Numbered from the stretch's first letter, positions 21,178 to 32,513 are shown. The stretch is 35,350 nt of DNA from an uncultured Bacteroidales bacterium (GCA_964522065.1 CAZFUO010000004.1:1-35350); one strand, 5' to 3'. Notes: a model not told the origin generated them from the letters alone. Numbers and translations: made by a program.

Positions 21178-21959
21178 TTTTCATAAAGCCTCGCAAATGC
21201 GGGGCTTTTTTGATATAACTTGTAAAAGTTATTAAAGTCATTTACAACATTAACGTTTACTTTTCTGCTTGCCCATGCTTGTCTCTGTTTGAAGCTCAAA
21301 GGTGTCTTAATATCTATTGTACTGTCTCTTTTTGAGTATGCTTTTGCAACATATTCATCGCATGCTGCATAATTAAATCTTCTTCTTTTAATAAGGTTAA
21401 TAAGGTGACCATTATCAAAAACCCTTACCTCTTTAATTTCAATACTATCACTAATTTCTTCAGCCAGATTCCTTAGTCTGACAATATGAGGAGAGCCTTT
21501 TGGAATACAAATTTTCTTACCAGATAATTTTACCTGGTTTCTGATGAAATCTTTGCTTGAAGGTTCGTTTCTTTGTACTAGTAACAAACGGCTGTTATAC
21601 AGCGGTTCTGAAAATAAAAAATCATCTCTGAATTGATTTAATGCAGGTAAAGGGCAAGCTATAAAGTCGCATTTTCCACTTAAAAGCATTTTTTTTCTCT
21701 TACTGAAGTCTGGTTGAACTATATATATTAGTTCCAGTTTGTTGTATTTTGCATATGCTTTTGCAACCTCATAATTAAATCCAAACATTAATGAATCTTC
21801 TTCACAGCAGACTACTAGTGATTTTTTCTTTTTCAAATCATTTAAAGACAGTTCTTTTTCATTATGGTTTTTGATATTATAAAAAAAACCGAAACCAATC
21901 CAGAAGGCAATAAAAATTCCGAATAGTAAATATGTCAGTTTTTTCCCATTATTAATCAT
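21165..21959 (-). CDS. membrane-anchored periplasmic binding-protein-like protein (SBP family 3 / MltF N-terminal-domain-like), function unknown
   Basis: It has one N-terminal TM helix (LTYLLFGIFIAFWIGFGFF) followed by a domain of about 230 aa that resembles amino-acid-binding/MltF-N folds. I chose ATG 21957-21959, which lies 2 nt after the upstream porin stop. The track start at 21980 would overlap the porin gene by 29 nt. Confidence 0.6.
   Translation of the reverse strand: MINNGKKLTYLLFGIFIAFWIGFGFFYNIKNHNEKELSLNDLKKKKSLVVCCEEDSLMFGFNYEVAKAYAKYNKLELIYIVQPDFSKRKKMLLSGKCDFIACPLPALNQFRDDFLFSEPLYNSRLLLVQRNEPSSKDFIRNQVKLSGKKICIPKGSPHIVRLRNLAEEISDSIEIKEVRVFDNGHLINLIKRRRFNYAACDEYVAKAYSKRDSTIDIKTPLSFKQRQAWASRKVNVNVVNDFNNFYKLYQKSPAFARLYENHFN
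21187..21211 (+). terminator. rho-independent terminator after galE
   Basis: The stem is AGCCTCGC (21187-21194) / GCGGGGCT (21199-21206), 8 bp with one T-G wobble, and the loop is AAAT. It is followed by a T run through 21211 and begins 10 nt after the galE stop. Confidence 0.75.
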
Positions 21960-23976
21960 AGAAGTTCCAGGATAAGCCAACTCTTAGAGCTGCAGGATTA
22001 AGAGGATAATGTGGAGTTGAAAAATAATTCGGATCAGCAAAAAACCTGCTTAAATGAGAATACATAACAAAAAATCTCATCCTTTTAAGGTGGAAGTTAC
22101 CGTATGCATTCATGTATGGATAGTTGCCAATTTTAACATTCTGCTGAGTATAGAATTGCCCTGTTGCTGGCATATAGGAATTAGCATAATACTCACTAAA
22201 ATACCTGCAATCAACTCCCAGGTAAGTAGTAAGCACTTTACTTAAAATGGTTTTTATATAAAGATTTGAATATATCGACAATGTTGGAAGTGGTAGTCTG
22301 AGATTATCACTTGATACCTGATAAACTATATCGTTATCCCAGTGTAAAATACCCAAGCGCAGTTTCTGATTAAGGTTTGCAGATAAAACCTGAGTGCTTC
22401 CATCTATTTGTTCAGGTAATGCTGAATTATTAAAGTAAACATGATTGGTTAGATTTTCGACCATCAGTTTAAACTTAAATCCAAGCGCAGGTATATCCAG
22501 ATTTCCTGAAAGGTTGGTGATATATTCGTTTTTAAAATCATTATTCCAGATAAAGTGATTAGAATAATAATTTTTTATAAAAAAGTCAGGATTTGAGTTT
22601 CTCAAAAATCCTTTTGCATTTAAATAAACTGGTTTATTAAATATTTTAAACTCTGTATTGATATCTCCTTCAATATTGAAATCTCCAATGTAATCGCCCA
22701 AAACACATATTTTAGCTAAAGCTGAATAAGTTAATATTGAGCCCTGTCTTTTAAACAGCTCGCCACCAGCCCATATATTACTTTCATTTTTATGAGATAT
22801 ACCTGAAAAAACATTTGTGGTATCTTTAAGTTCTGCAGTCGGAGAGTAGTAAGAATATTTACTAAAGTCATGTTCTATAAAACCTGACAGTCCCATTTTT
22901 GCCCATTCATGAAATCCTTCCTTAAGTGTGATGCCCAGAGTATTTCTGATATTTAAAACAGCAGAGCTGTCAGCAGTATATTTATTTGAAATATATGCTG
23001 AGTCGTAATACTGTCTGTTTACAGATTTTGAATAATAACTTTTGCGGTTTCTGTCTATCATAAGTGTGTGAGTAATACTGGTTACGGGAACAAACTCAGT
23101 CTTTAGGGTATCCTGTTTGTTTTTTCTGTTAAAACCAATATTATACTTGTGATTCAAAAAAACCTGTTGATTGTTTATAAGACTTCTGGCATCTGACAGA
23201 AATACAGGTATGTTTAAACTTTCATATTCTTTTAAACCACCGCTCATTAACAGAGGTTGAGTAATATATCTATCATCAGTAATACCTCCATTTTCGAAAT
23301 GTTCTATAAAATTAAAAGAGGTTTTAAAGAATGCTTCGTATTTTGGGCTGATATAATTTGAAAAGATATTAGCTAGTTTGCTTCTTGAAGAACTTCTGTT
23401 ATAATAACCTCTGGAATAAAGTATTTCGTAATCTGCACCAATATTAAATTTCTTATTTAAATTGCCTGTAAAAGTGAACTGGAAATCTTCTTCCTGCGAT
23501 TTGTCATCACCGGTAGTTGTAAGATATTTAATGTTTGAATATAGTTTGGTTGTATTAACAAAGATAAAATCCTCAGGATATTTTATCCAGTGTTCGTAAG
23601 GCTTCATAAACAAAAAAGAACTCTTATTGGTTCTGTCTGCGTAAATGTGCGATATAAATGGAGTTGCAAAACTACCATGATGACTGCCGGCAATAGTGGT
23701 TAATCTTTCAGGCAGACTGTTGTTTTGAAAATTGTAAGTTACTGAATCAAAAACAGCGCTGTCTTTCTCAAACAAGATTCCTTTTAGTTTGAAAGAAAGT
23801 ATTCTCAGAGTATCAGTGCCAGTGCTTTTATCAGTAGCTGTTGCTTCCTGTTTAAAACCACTCTGCTGAATATCCTGTCCCGTTTGATCCTGGTTTTTAG
23901 GCAGGAATTGTGCTGATGCAAAGTTTATATATAATACTAAACTAAAAATGATAGTAACTATTCGATTGAAACGCAT
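21952..23976 (-). CDS. putative outer-membrane porin (Porin_10-like family)
   Basis: It has a signal peptide (MRFNRIVTIIFSLVLYINFASAQ), is long and rich in Tyr/Asn/Phe with beta-strand character, and has a C-terminal beta-signal-like end (LRVGLSWNFYD). I set the start at ATG 23976, because the track start at 24009 lies upstream of the -7 box. Confidence 0.7.
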   Translation of the reverse strand: MRFNRIVTIIFSLVLYINFASAQFLPKNQDQTGQDIQQSGFKQEATATDKSTGTDTLRILSFKLKGILFEKDSAVFDSVTYNFQNNSLPERLTTIAGSHHGSFATPFISHIYADRTNKSSFLFMKPYEHWIKYPEDFIFVNTTKLYSNIKYLTTTGDDKSQEEDFQFTFTGNLNKKFNIGADYEILYSRGYYNRSSSRSKLANIFSNYISPKYEAFFKTSFNFIEHFENGGITDDRYITQPLLMSGGLKEYESLNIPVFLSDARSLINNQQVFLNHKYNIGFNRKNKQDTLKTEFVPVTSITHTLMIDRNRKSYYSKSVNRQYYDSAYISNKYTADSSAVLNIRNTLGITLKEGFHEWAKMGLSGFIEHDFSKYSYYSPTAELKDTTNVFSGISHKNESNIWAGGELFKRQGSILTYSALAKICVLGDYIGDFNIEGDINTEFKIFNKPVYLNAKGFLRNSNPDFFIKNYYSNHFIWNNDFKNEYITNLSGNLDIPALGFKFKLMVENLTNHVYFNNSALPEQIDGSTQVLSANLNQKLRLGILHWDNDIVYQVSSDNLRLPLPTLSIYSNLYIKTILSKVLTTYLGVDCRYFSEYYANSYMPATGQFYTQQNVKIGNYPYMNAYGNFHLKRMRFFVMYSHLSRFFADPNYFSTPHYPLNPAALRVGLSWNFYD

Positions 23977-23998
23977 ACAGTCAAATGTATTTAAGCCG

Positions 23999-24006
23999 CA
24001 AAGATA
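23999..24006 (-). promoter_or_regulatory. putative -7 box TATCTTTG for the porin / binding-protein pair
   Basis: Exact TAnnTTTG, about 23 nt upstream of ATG 23976. A second exact match, TACATTTG at 23982-23989, is only 5 nt from the ATG and is less likely to be the functional box. Confidence 0.45.
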
Positions 24007-24050
24007 CAAATTGAAAAGTTATTAGATAGAGATAATCAAAAAGTAAAATG

Positions 24051-24058
24051 TATTTTTG
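24051..24058 (+). promoter_or_regulatory. putative -7 box TATTTTTG for ligA
   Basis: Exact TAnnTTTG, about 21 nt upstream of ATG 24079. Confidence 0.5.
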
Positions 24059-24075
24059 TTACATAAAATATGTGA

Positions 24076-26082
<2,007 letters not shown>

Positions 26083-26111
26083 TACACCGTCGGATTTTAT
26101 TGTATTTTTAG

Positions 26112-26119
26112 TACTTTTG
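26112..26119 (+). promoter_or_regulatory. putative -7 box TACTTTTG for dapA-pheT(-yebC)
   Basis: Exact TAnnTTTG, about 25 nt upstream of ATG 26144. Confidence 0.5.
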
Positions 26120-26143
26120 TGAGCAATTCAATTGCCGGATCAA

Positions 26144-27037
26144 ATGACAAACTCAAGACTTAAAGGGATGGGAGTGGCTCTTATCACTCCGTTTAATAAT
26201 GATGATAGTGTAGATTTCGAATCTCTGGGACGACTTGTTGAATATCAGATAAAAAATGGTATCGATTATCTCGTCGTATTAGGGACTACTGCAGAAACCG
26301 CAACTCTTAGCGAAGCTGAAAAAAAGGAAGTTAGTTCATTTGTTATTGACAAAGTGAACGGTAGAGTTCCCATAGTTCTCGGAGTAGGGGGTAACTGTAC
26401 ACGCGCCGTTATTGAAGAACTTAAAACAAAGGATTTTACCGGAGTAGATGCAATTTTGTCTGTAACTCCTTACTATAACAAACCATCTCAGGAAGGTCTG
26501 TATCAACACTATTCAGAAATTGCTAAAGCAACAAATCTGCCAATAATACTCTATAACGTACCAGGCAGAACAGGTGTAAATATGACTGCCGAAACAACAT
26601 TGAGATTAGCTCGTGAGTTTCCCGGTATAGTTGCTATAAAAGAGGCTTCAGGAAATATTGCTCAAATGGATGAAATCATTAAAAGCAAACCTGAAAATTT
26701 TCTGGTTATCTCCGGAGACGATGGCATTACATTCCCACTTATAACACTAGGTGCAGTTGGAGTTATTTCAGTAATTGGTAACGCTTTCCCCAAAGAATTC
26801 AGTAAAATGGTCAGACTGGCGCTTGCCGGAGATTATGAGAAGGCATTAGAAATTCACCATAATTTTACAGAATTATTCAACCTCCTTTTTGTGGATGGCA
26901 ATCCGGCAGGTGTAAAATGTATGTTGAACGCTATGGGCTACATTAAAAACAAATTAAGACTCCCCTTAGTTCCTACCCGTATTACGACATACGAGAAAAT
27001 CAGAAAAGTATTAAACGATTTGAATACAATGTATTAA
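26144..27037 (+). CDS. dapA: 4-hydroxy-tetrahydrodipicolinate synthase
   Basis: It has GTTAE, YNVPGRTG and AIKEASG (Schiff-base Lys). I prefer ATG 26144 to the track TTG at 26132. Confidence 0.92.
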   Translation: MTNSRLKGMGVALITPFNNDDSVDFESLGRLVEYQIKNGIDYLVVLGTTAETATLSEAEKKEVSSFVIDKVNGRVPIVLGVGGNCTRAVIEELKTKDFTGVDAILSVTPYYNKPSQEGLYQHYSEIAKATNLPIILYNVPGRTGVNMTAETTLRLAREFPGIVAIKEASGNIAQMDEIIKSKPENFLVISGDDGITFPLITLGAVGVISVIGNAFPKEFSKMVRLALAGDYEKALEIHHNFTELFNLLFVDGNPAGVKCMLNAMGYIKNKLRLPLVPTRITTYEKIRKVLNDLNTMY

Positions 27038-27047
27038 ATACATAAAT

Positions 27048-29507
27048 ATGAATATTTCTTATAATTGGCTGAAAGAATTTGTGGACTTTAAATACAGTCC
27101 TGAAGAAACCGCCAAAATTCTTACATCAATCGGATTGGAAAATGGTCCTGTTGAAGAAGTAGAAACAGTTAAAGGAGGCTTGAACGGATTGGTTATTGGT
27201 GAAGTTCTTACATGTGAAAATCACCCGGATTCTGATCACCTTCACCTTACTACAGTTAATATTGGTCAGGGCGAACCATTAAAAATAGTATGTGGTGCAC
27301 CTAACGTTGCTGCAGGACAAAAAGTTGTTGTTGCTACAATAGGAACTGTGCTTTATAGTGGCGAAGAATCTTTTACCATAAAAAAATCAAAAATCAGAGG
27401 ACAGGAGTCTTTTGGAATGATTTGTGCTGAAGATGAAATAGGTATTGGTACAAGTCATGAAGGAATAATTGTTTTGCCTGAAAATGCAGTAGTCGGAACT
27501 CCGGCTAAGGAATACTATGGCATCAACTCAGAGTTTATACTTGAAGTTGATATAACTCCAAACCGTGCAGACGCAGCTTCTCACTTTGGTGTTGCTAGAG
27601 ATTTAGCAGCATATTTAAATCAAAATGGTGGTAATGTGATTTTAAGAAGGCCATCAGTTGATTCATTCAAATCTGATGATAATTCTTATACTGTAAAGGT
27701 TGAAGTTGAAAACACTGAAGCTTGTCCCAGATATGCAGGAATCACGCTGACAGATATTAAAGTTGCGGAGTCTCCCGAATGGTTACAAAACAGGCTTAAA
27801 TTAATCGGATTGCGCCCAATAAATAATGTAGTTGATATTACAAACTATTTACTACACGAAACAGGACAGCCACTACATGCCTTTGACGGTGATAAAATAA
27901 AAGGTGATAAAATCATTGTTAAAACCGTTGAAAAGGGTACAAAATTTAAGACATTAGATGAGGTTGAAAGAGAACTTGATTCAAATGATCTAATGATTTG
28001 CAATGCTGTTGAACCAATGTGTATTGGCGGTGTTTTCGGCGGTTTCGATTCCGGAGTATCAGAAGGTACAACTAAGATTTTTATTGAATGTGCATATTTT
28101 AACCCTGTTTCTGTAAGAAAAACCGCTAGAAGACATGGTTTGAATACCGATTCCTCATTCAGATTTGAAAGAGGTATAGACCCGGATAACACCATCTATG
28201 TACTTAAAAGAGCTGCAATGATGGTTAAAGAACTTGCTGGCGGAAAAATCTCAAGTGATATAGTTGATATTTATCCAAACAAGATTGAAGGGTTTAAAGT
28301 TAATCTTTCACTAGATAAGGTTAATAAGCTTATTGGTAAGAATATAGAACGTGAAAAAACTATTTCAATTCTTAAGTCTCTTGAGATAGAAATCGTTTCA
28401 GAAAGTCAGGATGAATTAGAATTATTAATTCCTGCTTATCGTGTTGATGTGCAAAGAGACGTAGATGTTATAGAAGATATTCTAAGAATATACGGATACA
28501 ATAATATCGACTTTACCGATAGTGTGAAGTCTTCAATTTCTTATTCTGTAAAACCTGATAGTAATAAAGTTCAAAATCTGATTTCTGAACAACTTACAGC
28601 TAGCGGTTTTAATGAGATATTAAATAATTCACTTACTGCAAAAGCTTACTACAAAGATTTTACTTCATTTAAAGAAGAAAACTGTGTACAGATTTTAAAT
28701 CAGCTCAGTAACGATTTGGCAGTAATGAGACAGACTTTATTGTTTGGCGGGCTTGAAAGTATTGCATATAACCGAAACCGCAGAAATCAGGATTTGAAAT
28801 TCTATGAATTCGGTAACTGTTATCATTTTAATGCTGAGAAAAAGTCGGAAGAAAAGACCTTATCTGCTTATTCTGAAGAGATGCATTTAGGTATGTGGAT
28901 GACTGGCTATGCTAATGAGCAGATTTGGAATAAGCCATATAATAAACTAAGCTATTATGATTTAAAAGCTTATGTTGAAAGTATTTTGAGCAGACTTGGT
29001 ATTGGCAGGGAAATGCTGGTTTTAACAGAGGCTGAAGATGACGTTTATTCTCATTCACTTACATACTCTCTTAAAAACGGAAAGCTATTGCTGACTTCAG
29101 GTAGTATAAGGAAAAGTATTTTAAAAAGTTTTGATATAGACTCTGAGGTTTTTTATGCTGATATATTGTGGCATAATCTTTTGAACGCCAACAAAAAGAG
29201 TGTTGTTCAATTCTCTGAAATATCACGTTTCCCTGAAGTAAGAAGAGATCTTGCACTGCTTATTGACAACTCAGTGCACTTTGCTGAGATTGAAAAACTT
29301 GCATTCTCTACAGACAGGAAATTGCTTAAATCTGTTAGCTTGTTTGATGTTTACGAAGGAAAGAACTTACCGGCCGGAAAAAAATCTTACGCTGTAAGCT
29401 TTATTCTGAAAGATGATAATCAGACTCTTACTGATAAGCAGATAGACTCTGTTATGGAAAAACTTGTAAAAACATACGAAAAACAATTGGGTGCTTCATT
29501 AAGATAA
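27048..29507 (+). CDS. pheT: phenylalanine--tRNA ligase beta subunit
   Basis: 819-aa ORF starting MNISYNWLKEF..., with an N-terminal tRNA-binding (OB) domain, B3/4 and B5 domains, and a C-terminal FDX-ACB-type domain. Confidence 0.95.
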   Translation: MNISYNWLKEFVDFKYSPEETAKILTSIGLENGPVEEVETVKGGLNGLVIGEVLTCENHPDSDHLHLTTVNIGQGEPLKIVCGAPNVAAGQKVVVATIGTVLYSGEESFTIKKSKIRGQESFGMICAEDEIGIGTSHEGIIVLPENAVVGTPAKEYYGINSEFILEVDITPNRADAASHFGVARDLAAYLNQNGGNVILRRPSVDSFKSDDNSYTVKVEVENTEACPRYAGITLTDIKVAESPEWLQNRLKLIGLRPINNVVDITNYLLHETGQPLHAFDGDKIKGDKIIVKTVEKGTKFKTLDEVERELDSNDLMICNAVEPMCIGGVFGGFDSGVSEGTTKIFIECAYFNPVSVRKTARRHGLNTDSSFRFERGIDPDNTIYVLKRAAMMVKELAGGKISSDIVDIYPNKIEGFKVNLSLDKVNKLIGKNIEREKTISILKSLEIEIVSESQDELELLIPAYRVDVQRDVDVIEDILRIYGYNNIDFTDSVKSSISYSVKPDSNKVQNLISEQLTASGFNEILNNSLTAKAYYKDFTSFKEENCVQILNQLSNDLAVMRQTLLFGGLESIAYNRNRRNQDLKFYEFGNCYHFNAEKKSEEKTLSAYSEEMHLGMWMTGYANEQIWNKPYNKLSYYDLKAYVESILSRLGIGREMLVLTEAEDDVYSHSLTYSLKNGKLLLTSGSIRKSILKSFDIDSEVFYADILWHNLLNANKKSVVQFSEISRFPEVRRDLALLIDNSVHFAEIEKLAFSTDRKLLKSVSLFDVYEGKNLPAGKKSYAVSFILKDDNQTLTDKQIDSVMEKLVKTYEKQLGASLR

Positions 29508-29541
29508 TGCCCTTTTTAAAAAGATAAAAAACTGAATATTT

Positions 29542-30270
29542 ATGGGAAGAGCTTTTGAATACCGTAAAGCAAGAAAAATGAAGAGGTGGGGCAATATGGC
29601 CCGTATTTTCACAAAGTTGGGTAAAGAAATATCAATTGCTGTAAAAGCATCGGGTCCAGATCCTGAAGCAAATCCTAGACTACGCGTCCTTATGCAGAAT
29701 GCCAAAACTGCAAATATGCCTAAGGATAATGTAGAAAGAGCTATAAAAAAGGCTATTTCTAAGGATTTTGCTGATTACAAGGATATGGTTTACGAAGGTT
29801 ACGGTCCTTTTGGGATTGCAATATTGGTTGAAACTCAAACAGACAATCCAACCAGAACAGTTGCAAATGTTCGTAGTGCTTTTAATCGTTACGGAGGTTC
29901 TTTAGGTACAACAGGTAGTTTATCCTTTATTTTTGACAGAAAATCAGTATTCAAAATTACTCCAAAAGAAGGTCTTGACATTGAAGAATTTGAACTTGAA
30001 GTCATTGACTATGGTGCAGAGGAAATTGAAATGGATGAAAATGAGATTGTTATCTATGGGCAACCTGAAGATTTTTCAAGAATTCAAAATTATCTTGAAG
30101 AAAATGGATTTGAGATTTTATCTGCTGAATTTGAGCGGTTTCCTAATGATACAAAAGATTTGGATGCCGAACAAAGAGCTACAATTGATAAGTTAATTGA
30201 AAAACTTGAGGATGACGAAGATGTTGCAAATGTTTATCATAATCTGACTCCTGTTGCTGAAGAGGAATAA
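29542..30270 (+). CDS. YebC/PmpR-family DNA-binding transcriptional regulator
   Basis: 242-aa ORF starting MGRAFEYRKARKMKRWGNMARIFTKLGKEI..., the highly conserved YebC N-terminus. Confidence 0.92.
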   Translation: MGRAFEYRKARKMKRWGNMARIFTKLGKEISIAVKASGPDPEANPRLRVLMQNAKTANMPKDNVERAIKKAISKDFADYKDMVYEGYGPFGIAILVETQTDNPTRTVANVRSAFNRYGGSLGTTGSLSFIFDRKSVFKITPKEGLDIEEFELEVIDYGAEEIEMDENEIVIYGQPEDFSRIQNYLEENGFEILSAEFERFPNDTKDLDAEQRATIDKLIEKLEDDEDVANVYHNLTPVAEEE

Positions 30271-30296
30271 ACGTTAAAATATTGCCATGGCAAAAA

Positions 30297-31511
30297 TTAA
30301 ATTGCCTCTGCTACAATAAAATTGCTACCGCCAACGAAAATCAAATCGTTTTGGCGGTAGTTTTTTTTAGCCTCATTTATTGCAAATTCTACGCCAGGGT
30401 AAGTGCTTCCATGCAATCCAAATTGTAGTGCCATATTCTTCAATTCCTTTTCATCCAGTGCTCTGGGAATACTCGCTTTTGTAAAATAATAAACGGCGTT
30501 TTTAGGTAACAAACTTAGTACCTTTCTGATATCTTTATCATTAACCATACCAATTACAAAGTGCAGATTATTGTATGAGGTTTCAGACAGTTGTTTTACA
30601 ACGTATTCAATACCAGCTTCGTTGTGAGCTGTATCACAGATTATTAGTGGATCATTGCTAATTGTTTCCCATCTGCCTCGGAAATTAGTATTCTTTACGA
30701 CTTTTGATAATCCGCTTTTAATTAAATTGATATCTGTTTTTATTCCATGATTTTTAATAACTTCCAGGGTCTTAATGACTGTACCTAGATTTTCTTTTTG
30801 ATATAATCCTTTTAAATCTGTTTCCAGATTATTTATTTCGCCGGCAAAATAAATATCAGAATTTCTTGCTTTAGCGGTTTCGGAGAAAACATCTTTTACT
30901 TTACCTTCTGCCTTTCCGATAATTACAGGAACTCCGTTTTTAATTATGCCTGCTTTCTCAAATGCGATTTTTTCAAGATCAGATCCTAAAAGATACATGT
31001 GATCAAAGCTTATGTTGGTAATTACTGACGCTATAGGATTTATTATGTTTGTACTGTCCAGTCTTCCGCCTAATCCTACTTCAATAATGGCTATGTCAAC
31101 ATGATTTTTACTTAACCAATCAAAAGCCATAATTGTAGTCAGCTCAAAAAAAGAAGGATTTAAATCTGACGGCAATTCTTCAATGCTCTTTTTTACAAAA
31201 TCAACTACACCTGACTCTGATATCATCTCACCATTTATCTTTATCCTTTCTCTGAAATCTTTGAGGTGAGGAGAAGTGTATAGTCCTGTTTTATATCCGC
31301 ATTCCTGTAAAACGGATGCCAGCATATGCGAAACCGAGCCTTTACCGTTTGTACCGCCTACATGTATAGTAAGGAACTTTTTATCAGGATTTCCTGCCCA
31401 CTGGTTTATTATGTTTGTTCTGTCAAGTCCGGGTTTGTAGGCACTTTGCCCATCTCTCTGGAAAACAGGTGTTTGAGTGAAGAGGTATTCGGTAGCTTCT
31501 TTATATGTCAT
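30297..31511 (-). CDS. folC: bifunctional folylpolyglutamate synthase / dihydrofolate synthase
   Basis: It has the P-loop HVGGTNGKGS and the Mur-ligase fold. I prefer ATG 31511, because the track TTG at 31535 is the TTG of the -7 box at 31533-31540. Confidence 0.9.
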   Translation of the reverse strand: MTYKEATEYLFTQTPVFQRDGQSAYKPGLDRTNIINQWAGNPDKKFLTIHVGGTNGKGSVSHMLASVLQECGYKTGLYTSPHLKDFRERIKINGEMISESGVVDFVKKSIEELPSDLNPSFFELTTIMAFDWLSKNHVDIAIIEVGLGGRLDSTNIINPIASVITNISFDHMYLLGSDLEKIAFEKAGIIKNGVPVIIGKAEGKVKDVFSETAKARNSDIYFAGEINNLETDLKGLYQKENLGTVIKTLEVIKNHGIKTDINLIKSGLSKVVKNTNFRGRWETISNDPLIICDTAHNEAGIEYVVKQLSETSYNNLHFVIGMVNDKDIRKVLSLLPKNAVYYFTKASIPRALDEKELKNMALQFGLHGSTYPGVEFAINEAKKNYRQNDLIFVGGSNFIVAEAI

Positions 31512-31532
31512 TGTCGTATAAATTACAAACTG

Positions 31533-31540
31533 CAAAGTTA
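31533..31540 (-). promoter_or_regulatory. putative -7 box TAACTTTG for folC
   Basis: Exact TAnnTTTG, about 22 nt upstream of ATG 31511. Confidence 0.5.
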
Positions 31541-31562
31541 TGTCTGTTTTTATAAAAACAAT

Positions 31563-31570
31563 TACTTTTG
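31563..31570 (+). promoter_or_regulatory. putative -7 box TACTTTTG for the DMT transporter gene
   Basis: Exact TAnnTTTG, about 17 nt upstream of ATG 31587. Confidence 0.5.
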
Positions 31571-31586
31571 CTGCAATTTATAAAAT

Positions 31587-32474
31587 ATGGAACATTCTTA
31601 TTTGGGCGAAATTGCTGCTTTATCTGTTTCAATTTGTTGGGCAGTAAGTTCAACAGTATTTGAAAAAGCAGGAAAAATTGCAGGATCACTTAATGTTAAT
31701 TATATCAGACTATTTCTGGCTTTTATTATGCTGGGCATTTTAGGTTTGTTTACTAACGGCAGCTTTTTTCCTGCAAATGCCGGAAGAGATCAGTGGATAT
31801 GGTTATCTGTATCAGGATTTTTGGGCTTTTTTATAGGAGACCTCTTTTTGTTTCAGGCATTAACTATAATAGGAGCAAGGTTATCTATGGTCGTAATGAC
31901 ATTTTCTCCTGCTTTGACAGCATTAATTGGTTTTGTGCTTTTAAAAGAAGAACTTATGCCAATACAGATACTGGCAATTTTTATGATTATTGCAGGTATT
32001 TTAATGACATTTATAGGGCGCGAAAACAAACATTTTAAATTTAAAATGTCATTTAAAGGCTTTATGCTGGCAGTTGGAGGAGCATTAGGACAGTCATTCG
32101 GTCTTATTTTCAGTAAAAAAGGAATAGGGGACTACGATCCTTTTGCAGCAACTCAAATCAGAATTATTACAGGTTTTATTGCTTTTACTATTTTGATTTT
32201 AGTTTTAAGAAAGTCCGGGTCAGTTTTAAAAACATTTAAAAATGGAAAATCTATAGGTCTTATTTCAGTTGGTTCATTTTTTGGACCTGGAGTAGGAGTA
32301 GGTTTGTCAATGGTAGCAATCTCACTTACCGAAACCGGAATAGCATCAGCTCTTATGGCTCTTACACCTATAGTCTTGTTTGTTCCGTCAATTATTAAAG
32401 GGAGAAGGATAGCTACTAAGGAAATTATAGGAGCATTCGTATCGGTAGGTGGAGTTATTGTGCTGTTTTTATAA
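31587..32474 (+). CDS. EamA/DMT-superfamily transporter
   Basis: 295-aa ORF with about 10 hydrophobic helices arranged as two EamA-like repeats. Confidence 0.8.
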   Translation: MEHSYLGEIAALSVSICWAVSSTVFEKAGKIAGSLNVNYIRLFLAFIMLGILGLFTNGSFFPANAGRDQWIWLSVSGFLGFFIGDLFLFQALTIIGARLSMVVMTFSPALTALIGFVLLKEELMPIQILAIFMIIAGILMTFIGRENKHFKFKMSFKGFMLAVGGALGQSFGLIFSKKGIGDYDPFAATQIRIITGFIAFTILILVLRKSGSVLKTFKNGKSIGLISVGSFFGPGVGVGLSMVAISLTETGIASALMALTPIVLFVPSIIKGRRIATKEIIGAFVSVGGVIVLFL

Positions 32475-32505
32475 TTTTTTAAAAATATAAATCTTCATAT
32501 TCTTG

Positions 32506-32513
32506 TATATTTG
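32506..32513 (+). promoter_or_regulatory. putative -7 box TATATTTG for the SPOR lipoprotein gene
   Basis: Exact TAnnTTTG, about 27 nt upstream of ATG 32540. Confidence 0.5.

Noticed and set aside
29512-29523. The AT-only palindrome CTTTTTAAAAAG after pheT, and a similar TTTTTTAAAAA after the DMT gene near 32474-32486, considered as terminators.
   Set aside because: These are pure A/T stems with negligible stability. Such palindromes are expected in AT-rich spacers. yebC lacks a -7 box and is probably co-transcribed with dapA-pheT.
30282-30293. A 12-nt perfect palindrome, TTGCCATGGCAA, between the convergent yebC-family and folC genes. I considered it as a bidirectional terminator or an operator.
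   Set aside because: As RNA it can form only about a 4-bp stem with a 4-nt loop, and no U run follows on either strand. It is a single copy in the window, so there is no evidence for a protein-binding site. It may be coincidental.
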